From positions 2,430,001-2,462,000 of the forward strand of contig CP126532.1 in assembly GCA_030167145.1 (NCBI GenBank): DNA of 32,000 nt. The letters are read 5' to 3'. Shown here one piece after another: positions 1 through 6,768 of this stretch. Below the pieces are notes generated by a model. That model was not told the origin of the DNA and ran no database searches. It worked only from the letters and a program-made list of their open reading frames with translations. The translations under genes were made by a program, and so were the position numbers. The DNA is from Ktedonobacterales bacterium. Lineage in GTDB: Bacteria > Chloroflexota > Ktedonobacteria > Ktedonobacterales > JADMIN01. How positions within the stretch are numbered: the stretch's first letter is position 1; every line of letters starts with the position of its first letter.

Positions 1-1057
1 TGAAGGCGTTCATATCTTCGATATAGAAGCTGCCACCACGGCGGGTGATGCGCGCGTGGCGGCGCGAAACAGTCTGTGCGGGGTCCAGCGGCAGCAGATC
101 CACATCGGGATGCACCCCGCGCTGTGGGTCGCTGCGACCAATAATCATATCGGGCGCGCTCAGCGTAAACGACGCGCCACCACCCGCTGGCTGCAGCGTC
201 GCCAGCGGCTCCAGCGGGCGCGATACGCCCGTCTGGCGCACTGGCAGCCCGGCAAGCGCCTCAGTAAAGGCGAGCGGTGTCTGAAAGCGATCTTCGCGCG
301 ACTTGGCCAGTGCTTTCTGGAAGAAATCATCGAACTCCGGTGGCAACTCTGGGCGCAGGCTCCGGGCCGACGGGATCGGGCCATTCAGGTGTTGCATTAC
401 TACGTCCCAAGCATGCTCTCCGTCAAACGGCACCCGGCCCGTCAATAGCTCGAAGAAGACGCAGGCCAGCGAATACAGATCGGCGCGCACATCGGCGCGG
501 CGGCTGTTCTCCACCTGCTCCGGCGAGACGTAGTATGGCGTGCCGACAAAGAAGCCAGTAACGGTGATGTCGGCGGATTCATTGCTGCGGGCGAGGCCAA
601 AATCGGCGAGTTTGACCGTGCCATTCACGCTCAGCAGCAGATTCTGCGGCTTGATGTCGCGATGCACGATGCCGCGCTCAGCCGCCGCCGCGACCCCCGC
701 CGTCGCCTGCTCGGCCACGTCAATCGCGCGTGCGGGCAGGAACGCGCCGCCCGTGAGCACCGCATGCTTGAGATTGTGGCCGTCCACGTAATCCATGACG
801 ATGAAAAGCCCGCCACCTTTATCTTCGCCGAAGTCCACCGGACTGACGATATGTGGCCCAGAGAGGCGCGTGAGCAACTCGAACTCGCGCTTGAAGCGCT
901 CGACCAGCTCACTATCCGCAGACGCCTGTTTGCTCAGCACTTTGACAGCATACAGTCGGTTTGTTTCCAGATCACGACCGATGTAGACAGTGGCCATGCT
1001 GCCATTGCCGCGCTCATCAATGAGCTTGAAACGATTTTTTAGCACCCGCCCAAGCAT
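1..1057 (-). CDS. Ser/Thr protein kinase with C-terminal FHA domain (3' end runs off the window start)
   Basis: Own translation of the minus strand from ATG (rc) at 1055-1057: MLGRVLKNRFKLIDERGNGSMATVYIGRDL..YAVKVL (catalytic Lys), HRDIKPQN catalytic loop, DFG, GTPYYVSPEQ. Further on, IIGRS..VSRRHARI..FYIEDMN is an FHA signature. The ORF is missing from the supplied track because it is open at the window edge. Confidence 0.9.
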   Translation of the reverse strand, partial: MLGRVLKNRFKLIDERGNGSMATVYIGRDLETNRLYAVKVLSKQASADSELVERFKREFELLTRLSGPHIVSPVDFGEDKGGGLFIVMDYVDGHNLKHAVLTGGAFLPARAIDVAEQATAGVAAAAERGIVHRDIKPQNLLLSVNGTVKLADFGLARSNESADITVTGFFVGTPYYVSPEQVENSRRADVRADLYSLACVFFELLTGRVPFDGEHAWDVVMQHLNGPIPSARSLRPELPPEFDDFFQKALAKSREDRFQTPLAFTEALAGLPVRQTGVSRPLEPLATLQPAGGGASFTLSAPDMIIGRSDPQRGVHPDVDLLPLDPAQTVSRRHARITRRGGSFYIEDMNAF

Positions 1058-1280
1058 GCCTGCCCCCTACCCGGAGTCCTCCGAACCTGTGCTCTTGCGC
1101 GTCCAGATGCACGAAATCGAATCTACGCTTCTGCTACCACACGTCCCGACTGCCTCACGTCAACACGGCATGTCGCCAGAATATAGTCGCCAGGATATAC
1201 CAGAACACACCAGGGCGCGCGCCGACGAAATCTTCGCGGCCTTCTTGCAAAACGGTTCAGGACGTTTCGGGTTGCGCCCC

Positions 1281-1310
1281 ATTATAGCAACGCATGCCTA
1301 GCCGCCGCAA
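1281..1310 (-). promoter_or_regulatory. Candidate sigma-70 promoter for the kinase gene (TTGCGG-N18-TATAAT)
   Basis: Minus strand reads TTGCGG (1310-1305), an 18-nt spacer, then a perfect TATAAT (1286-1281). It would give a ~220-nt 5' UTR. By-eye match only. Confidence 0.3.
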
Positions 1311-1477
1311 CGGCATCCGCCCATCTTTCCCTTCTCGCGCGCGGAGGCTTTCGACGCGGCGCACTTCCGGCACACTTTATGCAAAGCTTCCGTTGACCGC
1401 GATGCACGGCCAGGATAGCGAGCAAAACAAGCGAGCAGGAGCAGCGCATCAGGCGCTGACAATCAGGAGGTACTCGA

Positions 1478-1723
1478 ATGGGAATGCTTCGAGTGATGTC
1501 GCGACGTGGTGACGACCGTGTCGCCTGGGACGTAAGCCGAGCGCAAGTAGGTGAGCTTGACGCGATTGCAGCGGTGAAGGAGGCCGAGCGCATTTTCGCC
1601 GAGGAGCGAGCAAAAGGCGCAACCGCATTCAAGGTAGAGCCGGGCCAGGCGCCCGTTCGCATTGATCAGTTTGACCAGACGGCCGAGCAGATCGTGCTGG
1701 TGCCGCGAGTCGTTGGGGGTTAG
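1478..1723 (+). CDS. Small hypothetical protein (81 aa)
   Basis: AGGAGG lies 7 nt upstream of the ATG. The ORF stops 5 nt before the next ATG, so it looks like an operon. I recognise no family. Confidence 0.6.
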   Translation: MGMLRVMSRRGDDRVAWDVSRAQVGELDAIAAVKEAERIFAEERAKGATAFKVEPGQAPVRIDQFDQTAEQIVLVPRVVGG

Positions 1724-1728
1724 CGGGG

Positions 1729-2184
1729 ATGCTCTGGGAAGGCTTCCTCGCGCTCCTCGGAATCTGGGCGCTGTTCCTGGTGCTGGCCCTGGTCTATCTG
1801 GCGCGCATCGCGGATGGGGGCTGGGGCAACTGGGGCCACGCGCTGAAGAGCCACATCACGGCGGAGCGACGCGCGCACACGCTCATGCGCGAGATGCTCT
1901 CGCCGGAGGAGTATCAGCACCTCACGCGGCATGGCTTCGTCGAGCTACACAGCCCATCGCTCCCTAACCGGACGTACCGGATTCCGGCGGGAGGCGGATT
2001 GGTACGGGTCTATGAACAGGGGCGCGCGGTAATGGATCTCTGCCTCCAACCCCTGGAGCCACTGCCCGATGGTGATGTGGTGGTTATGCACAAACTGATG
2101 ATCGAAGGCAATGAAGAGGAGTATCTCGCCAGGGCGAACCACTTCGCGCCGGGGATCATCACGCTCCGCAATGGGTATCTCTGA
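1729..2184 (+). CDS. Hypothetical N-terminally membrane-anchored protein (151 aa)
   Basis: Hydrophobic N-terminus WEGFLALLGIWALFLVLALVYL followed by a soluble domain. Tightly coupled to 1478..1723. Confidence 0.65.
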   Translation: MLWEGFLALLGIWALFLVLALVYLARIADGGWGNWGHALKSHITAERRAHTLMREMLSPEEYQHLTRHGFVELHSPSLPNRTYRIPAGGGLVRVYEQGRAVMDLCLQPLEPLPDGDVVVMHKLMIEGNEEEYLARANHFAPGIITLRNGYL

Positions 2185-2238
2185 CCCCATACGCGAGCGG
2201 CACAACATAGCGCAAACAATGCAAACGTGGGGCCGTGT

Positions 2239-2258
2239 CCACCGATTCCCCTCGGTGG
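2239..2258. terminator. Hairpin between convergent genes (possible bidirectional terminator)
   Basis: CCACCGA-TTCCCC-TCGGTGG forms a 7-bp perfect stem between the 2184 (+) and 2301 (-) gene ends. There is no adjacent U-tract; GTTTCTT lies ~10 nt away. Confidence 0.25.
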
Positions 2259-2300
2259 TCGGTCCCACGTTTCTTGCCGCCGCGCAGCGGTCCATACCCG

Positions 2301-3032
2301 CTACGCCAGAACGGCTGGCCCGCGCACGAAGACCGTCGGCCCGCCCTGCACCACGCAGTTGCCACTGGCGGGAATGCCCGTCAGCGCGTCGCTAGGCACC
2401 TTGAGCGTATTCGACCACACGCCGCTACTGGAGAACGACATACCGGTGAGGATATATCCGCAGGCGGGGTTGCCGTCGGTGCAGCCATAGTTGAACTCCA
2501 CCTGGCCAATCCCACGGCCCGCATAGATGCTCGTGGTGAAGGTGAGCGTCACATTGTCCCCCACGTGCATCGGGCAGGGGCTTAGCGACCACGAGACGCC
2601 GCTGTTGCCGCCGCTGCATGCGCCGCCACCGCCACCACCGCCGCCACCGCCGGGCGTGTCGGTCGGTACGGGCGTATCAGTCGCCGTGGGCGTGGGGTCA
2701 GGCCCCGCCGTCCCGGAGCTGGCAATGGTCGAGAGTGGCGCGGGGGGATTGGTCGCGGAGAAGGGGGTGGAGATCGGAAATTTCTCGTTGGCGGTGTGGG
2801 TGTTGGTGCCAGTGTTCGTGTTCGACGAACCCGTGCTGGTGGAGGCAGAGCCAAGACCCAGGCTGGCCAGCGTAGCATTGGCCGCTGTGGTCATCACGCC
2901 CATACAGGCGCACATCGAGAGAATCACCACCAGCCCCACCACCCCTGATACCGCCGCGCGGTACTGCGCGTTGGTCTCCCAGCGATGCTGGAAGCGATGG
3001 ACGATGCGGTCCAGCCACGTTGCGCGTAACAT
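2301..3032 (-). CDS. Membrane-anchored secreted protein: Thr/Pro/Gly-rich linker plus 4-Cys C-terminal domain (paralog of 5929..6624)
   Basis: Start moved to MLRATWLDRIVHRFQHRWET so it aligns with the paralog start MRPTSWLDQFVYRFQHRWET. Shared TM segment GVVGLVVILSMCACMGVMTT, low-complexity linker, and conserved AC.G...GV.W...PC....G.NVTLT...C....P.C pattern. Confidence 0.8.
   Translation of the reverse strand: MLRATWLDRIVHRFQHRWETNAQYRAAVSGVVGLVVILSMCACMGVMTTAANATLASLGLGSASTSTGSSNTNTGTNTHTANEKFPISTPFSATNPPAPLSTIASSGTAGPDPTPTATDTPVPTDTPGGGGGGGGGGACSGGNSGVSWSLSPCPMHVGDNVTLTFTTSIYAGRGIGQVEFNYGCTDGNPACGYILTGMSFSSSGVWSNTLKVPSDALTGIPASGNCVVQGGPTVFVRGPAVLA
2622..2651 (-). repeat. In-frame GGN x10 microsatellite (poly-Gly10) inside 2301..3032
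   Basis: The plus strand reads gccgccaccgccaccaccgccgccaccgcc, encoding GGGGGGGGGG. The paralog has only GGG at the equivalent site. Confidence 0.9.
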
Positions 3033-3273
3033 GCTACACGACCACCTTACACCTACTAAAGAAGAGAGCGACAACCGCCAGCGTCAGGCGCATACACGCC
3101 CTGTTGAGGTATGCGCGTCCCCATTGTAGCAGGGCGCTTTTCGCCCGCTAGAGGCGGCTGGTACTTCTTTCTTCCACGGCGCTCTCTTGTCTAACGCTGC
3201 GCCACTGCCGCTTCCTCGCATCCGCGTGTGATACAGTGGCGGTGAGGGGGTCTATCTGGCCATCAGACGAGAA

Positions 3274-3540
3274 ATGAGGCATACACCAATGGCAACATCC
3301 GCCCTGGACCGAGACGCCATCCTGCGGGCTATCCGCACGTGGTCGCCAAGTGAGCAGCTTGCGCTCGCGCAGGAAATCCTGGCGCACACGGTAGAGCAAC
3401 TGGCTTCCGCGCATCGCGAAGAGCTAGCGCAATCAACATGGCAAGCCTTGTATGGAATCGCTTCCAACGGGCAAGAGCCTCCAACAGATGAGCAAGTTGC
3501 TCAATGGCTGGACCAACACCGGATGGAAAAATATGGCTAA
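3274..3540 (+). CDS. Putative type II antitoxin (addiction-module component-like), partner of the truncated PIN gene
   Basis: Small acidic helical protein (WSPSEQLALAQEILAHTVEQ). Its last 8 nt overlap the ATG of a PIN-domain ORF. The start could instead be ATG 3289 (MATSALDRD..., GAGG 9 nt upstream). Confidence 0.6.
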   Translation: MRHTPMATSALDRDAILRAIRTWSPSEQLALAQEILAHTVEQLASAHREELAQSTWQALYGIASNGQEPPTDEQVAQWLDQHRMEKYG

Positions 3541-3652
3541 CACGCCGTCTTCCATCCCGTTGCGCGTCCTTGTGGATACAAACGTGGTCCTTGATCTGGT
3601 GCTGGCGCGTGAGCCAGTTCACTGCAATTGTGACGCAACATGTGCTGGTTAA
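3533..3652 (+). pseudogene. vapC: Truncated VapC/PIN-domain toxin (39-aa N-terminal stump)
   Basis: MANTPSSIPLRVLVDTNVVLDLVLAREP is a canonical PIN N-terminus that includes the first catalytic Asp. It then degenerates (VHCNCDATCAG) and stops. Roughly 100 aa of a normal PIN domain are missing. Confidence 0.7.
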
Positions 3653-3667
3653 CGGCGGGGCAATGGG

Positions 3668-3886
3668 TTAGGCGCTGGCAGGCACGTCATGCTGTTGCGG
3701 CTCAGGCACCGGCTGGCCATACTTGTGGGCAGTGTCAATCCACTCGCTGATAATAATCTGTGCGTTGGCGATGGCTTCGGCTGGCGTCACACCATCCGCG
3801 AAGCATCCGGGCAATTCAGGCACATCCACTACCCATAGCTGGTCAGGCTCACTCCAACTCAGATTCATGCGGTACTTGTACATCAT
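3668..3886 (-). CDS. hicB: HicB-family antitoxin (UPF0150 fold)
   Basis: SEPDQLWVVDVPELPGCFADGVTPAEAIANAQIIISEWIDTAHKYGQPVPEP matches the HicB/UPF0150 pattern (vPeLPGC.a.G.T.eEA). It starts 11 nt after the stop of the hicA 3' fragment. Confidence 0.85.
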   Translation of the reverse strand: MMYKYRMNLSWSEPDQLWVVDVPELPGCFADGVTPAEAIANAQIIISEWIDTAHKYGQPVPEPQQHDVPASA

Positions 3887-3897
3887 TCTGCTTTCTC

Positions 3898-3975
3898 CTA
3901 ATGTACCTGGGTTTGTCCGTACTTGGTGAGAATCTGCCGAACACGTTTCACCTGATAGTCTTTGGCCTTGCCGTC
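3898..3975 (-). pseudogene. hicA: hicA toxin, 3' fragment (25 codons plus stop), separated from its 5' part by the IS element
   Basis: Minus-strand translation DGKAKDYQVKRVRQILTKYGQTQVH*. Joined in frame to 5677..5826 it gives a 75-aa HicA-like protein. Confidence 0.8.
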
Positions 3976-4068
3976 TTTAGCCCACGCAATAATGCGGCTG
4001 AAGCCCCCGTCCCTTTAGGGCTGGGGATGAAAGCCGCGTCGCCCGCAGGCGACGAATAGTGGCAGTAG

Positions 4069-4098
4069 TTGACACCGCATTATCTATCACATTATACT
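4069..4098 (+). promoter_or_regulatory. IS-internal promoter for tnpA, TTGACA-N18-TATACT, predicted leaderless mRNA
   Basis: -35 TTGACA at 4069-4074 and -10 TATACT at 4093-4098. The A of ATG 4105 lies exactly 7 nt after the -10. The second element has identical geometry. Confidence 0.45.
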
Positions 4099-4104
4099 GG
4101 TTGC

Positions 4105-4500
4105 ATGAGAGATATGCGGAGCAACAACAATGTCGTCTACGTCTGCCGGTATCATGTGGTGTTCTGCCCTAAATACCGACGGAAGGTGTTGACGCCACCA
4201 ATAGATGAGCGCCTGAAGGTTATCCTTGCTGAGCAGATAGAGCGATGGGGGCAAGACCTCATCGAAATGGAGGTCATGCCGGACCACGTGCATCTGCTGA
4301 TGGGATGTGACCCGCAGTTTGGCATTCATCGGTTGGTGAAGCTCCTGAAGGGCTACAGTTCTCATGCACTGCGTGCGGAGTATCCCGCGTTGAAGCGCCG
4401 CCTCCCGTCCCTGTGGACGAATAGCTATTTTGTGGCAACGGTAGGCGGAGTGACGCTGGAAACCCTCAAGCGGTACGTGGAAAACCAGAAGGGCAAGTAG
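4105..4500 (+). CDS. tnpA: IS200/IS605 Y1 (HUH) transposase TnpA
   Basis: VVYVCRYHVVFCPKYRRKVL, HUH motif PDHVHLL, and catalytic Tyr context LWTNSYFVATVGG. The track ORF begins at TTG 4069, which is the -35 box, so I chose ATG 4105. Confidence 0.9.
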   Translation: MRDMRSNNNVVYVCRYHVVFCPKYRRKVLTPPIDERLKVILAEQIERWGQDLIEMEVMPDHVHLLMGCDPQFGIHRLVKLLKGYSSHALRAEYPALKRRLPSLWTNSYFVATVGGVTLETLKRYVENQKGK

Positions 4501-4503
4501 GGC

Positions 4504-5625
4504 ATGGGGCAGACAGTCCGCAAGACGTACAAGTACCAACTGAACCCAACACCTAAGCAAGAACACGTGTTGGCAAGCGCCTTGTGGCATTGTCGCATGC
4601 TCTACAATACCGCGTTGGAGCAGCGCAAGGCGTGGTGGCAGCGTGGGCAAGGCAAGAGTGCAACCTACTACCAGCAGAAAGCGGAGTTGCCCGACCTGAA
4701 AGCGTCCAGTCCCGAATATGCTGAGGTACATTCACAGGTCTTGCAGGACGTGCTCTTACGGCTTGAGCACACGTTTGCCGCCTTCTTCCAGCGTATCAAA
4801 GACGGGCAGACGCCGGGCTATCCCCGCTTTCAAGGGCAGAACCGCTATCACTCCTTCACCTATCCACAATACGGCAATGGGGCTATGCTGGATGGGGGCG
4901 TGTTAAGTCTGTCGAAGGTCGGGCGTATTCCCGTTCGGCTCCATCGCCCCCTACAAGGTACACCCAAGTCCGTCACGATTTCGCATGAGGCAGATGGCTG
5001 GTATGTCTGCTTCTCGTGCGCTGAGGTGCCCGTACAGCCCTTGCCACTGACTGGCGAAGAGACGGGTATTGATGTGGGGCTGAAGTCCTTCCTGGTGACG
5101 GCGGAGGGGACATTCGTCGAGAACCCACGGCACTATCGCCGCGACGAGAAACGGCTGAAGAAAGCGCAGCGCGTCGTATCGCGGAGGAAGAAAGGCAGTA
5201 ATCGCCGCAAGAAAGCGGTGAAATTACTCGCCAAGCGACACCAGAAGGTGCGGCGGCAACGGCAGGACTTTCACCACAAAACGGCGCTGGCGTTGGTCCG
5301 CCAATACGATGTGATCTATCTCGAAGACTTGCGGGTTCGCAATCTGGTACGCAACCGTCACCTCGCCAAGAGCATCAGCGATGCCGGGTGGACGCAGTTT
5401 CGTATCACACTTGAGTACAAGGCAGCATGCGCCGGTAAACAGGTGATTGCGGTTGAGCCTGCCTACACCTCCCAGGACTGTAGTGGCTGTGGCGCACGGA
5501 TACAAAAGACGCTCTCCGTGCGCACCCATGTCTGCACGTCCTGCGGACTGGTCATGGACCGCGACGAGAATGCGGCCAGAAATATTCTCAGGTTCGGGCA
5601 GAACCTTCGTGGAGCGGTGGCGTAG
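4504..5625 (+). CDS. tnpB: TnpB (IS605 OrfB) RNA-guided endonuclease, RuvC triad intact
   Basis: N-terminus KTYKYQLNPTPKQ. RuvC D in GIDVGLK, E in IYLEDL, zinc ribbon CSGCG..CTSCG, and D in MDRDENAARNI. Confidence 0.9.
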   Translation: MGQTVRKTYKYQLNPTPKQEHVLASALWHCRMLYNTALEQRKAWWQRGQGKSATYYQQKAELPDLKASSPEYAEVHSQVLQDVLLRLEHTFAAFFQRIKDGQTPGYPRFQGQNRYHSFTYPQYGNGAMLDGGVLSLSKVGRIPVRLHRPLQGTPKSVTISHEADGWYVCFSCAEVPVQPLPLTGEETGIDVGLKSFLVTAEGTFVENPRHYRRDEKRLKKAQRVVSRRKKGSNRRKKAVKLLAKRHQKVRRQRQDFHHKTALALVRQYDVIYLEDLRVRNLVRNRHLAKSISDAGWTQFRITLEYKAACAGKQVIAVEPAYTSQDCSGCGARIQKTLSVRTHVCTSCGLVMDRDENAARNILRFGQNLRGAVA

Positions 5626-5692
5626 GCTGCCGTGGTGAAGCGAGAAGCCCCGGCGTTTACGTCTGGGGAGCATGTCACCAGGCTGAAGGTTG
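5480..5692 (+). ncRNA. Predicted omega-RNA (reRNA) of TnpB: scaffold over the tnpB 3' end and right end, guide from flanking hicA DNA
   Basis: Placed by analogy with characterised TnpB systems, where the scaffold ends at the right-end boundary (5676) and the guide is the next ~16 nt (accaggctgaaggttg, 5677-5692). The 5' end is not determinable by eye. Confidence 0.4.
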
Positions 5693-5826
5693 ATGAATTC
5701 TGGCTGGCCAGGACGGACAAAGATGTGATGTGACCCTTCGATGCGATCAAGTTGATAGCCCAGCCGCTCGAGTAATCCGCACAAGCCCTCAAACGGGATG
5801 TTCGCGTCGGCTTTGCCACTGAGCAC
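5677..5826 (-). pseudogene. hicA: hicA toxin, 5' fragment (50 codons)
   Basis: (V/M)LSGKADANIPFEGLCGLLERLGYQLDRIEGSHHIFVRPGQPEFINLQPG contains the HicA GSHHIF motif. In the present sequence the frame then reads into the IS right end (DMLPRRKRRGF...). Confidence 0.8.
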
Positions 5827-5928
5827 CCGTGCTAACAGTTTATCCCATCGCGTCGCTGTTGCTCCGCCTCAATTCTCGTTGTTGAATCCGCACAAGTGGT
5901 GAGGAGGCTACCAGGCGCGTGAGCCTGC

Positions 5929-6624
5929 TTATTGCACGGGGTAGCCGACAATGACGCCGCCGGGGCCACCTTGAATGCTGTAATTGCCGTAGGTGGGGCC
6001 AGGTCCGTCTCCAACGGGAAGTTGCTTTGTGGCCGACCAGTTGCCATTCGCGTCGAGCGTCGTCGGAAAGAAATACCAGCGGCAGTTCGGGTCATCTCCG
6101 CTACAAGCGCCAAAGCGTATGTCCAGATAGAGCATGTTCCCGGCGAACCGAGGGGCGCTAATCGTCAGCGTCACATTCTGCCCCGCGACGGGCTGGCAAG
6201 GGGTAATGGTCCAGGTCACGCCTCTATGGCTGCCATTGCATGCGGGCTGTGAACCACCGCCGGGATCTGGCGTATCCGTTGGGGCTGCGGTCGGGCTGGG
6301 CAGCGGCGTCTTCGAGTTGGGGATGGTTGTAACTGGTGGCAGTCCATAGGTTGAGGTGTACGGCGTATTCACCGGAAACTTCTTAGTGGGATCGTTCTGA
6401 TGCGAGCCGGTGCGAGTGGAGACCGCGCCATTCGTGCCCGTGCCCAGGCCGATGGCCGCCAAGGCGCTATTCGCCGTCGTCGTCATCACGCCCATGCAGG
6501 CGCAGATCGTAAGCACCAACGCCAGCCCTACCACGCCCGTCACCACCGACCGATAGCGTGGGTCCGTCTCCCAGCGATGCTGAAAGCGGTAGACGAATTG
6601 ATCCAGCCATGATGTAGGTCTCAT
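5929..6624 (-). CDS. Membrane-anchored secreted protein with 4-Cys C-terminal domain (paralog of 2301..3032)
   Basis: Same N-terminal motif, TM segment, Pro/Thr linker and Cys pattern as 2301..3032. Confidence 0.85.
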   Translation of the reverse strand: MRPTSWLDQFVYRFQHRWETDPRYRSVVTGVVGLALVLTICACMGVMTTTANSALAAIGLGTGTNGAVSTRTGSHQNDPTKKFPVNTPYTSTYGLPPVTTIPNSKTPLPSPTAAPTDTPDPGGGSQPACNGSHRGVTWTITPCQPVAGQNVTLTISAPRFAGNMLYLDIRFGACSGDDPNCRWYFFPTTLDANGNWSATKQLPVGDGPGPTYGNYSIQGGPGGVIVGYPVQ

Positions 6625-6768
6625 GATCCGCGCCCCTCACCACAACTACGGCCCGGCTACTCTTCCTGTAGGTGTTCGTTCCGGCTCGCACGCGCCGCTG
6701 CGGCGCGTGCGCCTCCATTATAGCCATCTGCGGCTCTGCGCTGGCTGAATACGGCCCACCGGTACTAT

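Larger units (their letters stand above)
3976..5676 (+). mobile_element. Complete IS200/IS605-family insertion sequence (tnpA + tnpB, 1701 bp)
   Basis: The boundaries come from the exact in-frame rejoining of the split hicA. They are ambiguous by up to 3 nt because GTC occurs at both junctions. Left-end imperfect hairpin at 4004-4026 (loop TTTA) plus a perfect 7-bp hairpin at 4037-4054. Right-end imperfect hairpin at 5648-5668 (loop TTTA). Both ends carry the GAAGCCCC..GGGG motif. No terminal inverted repeats and no target duplication, as expected for this family. Confidence 0.85.
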
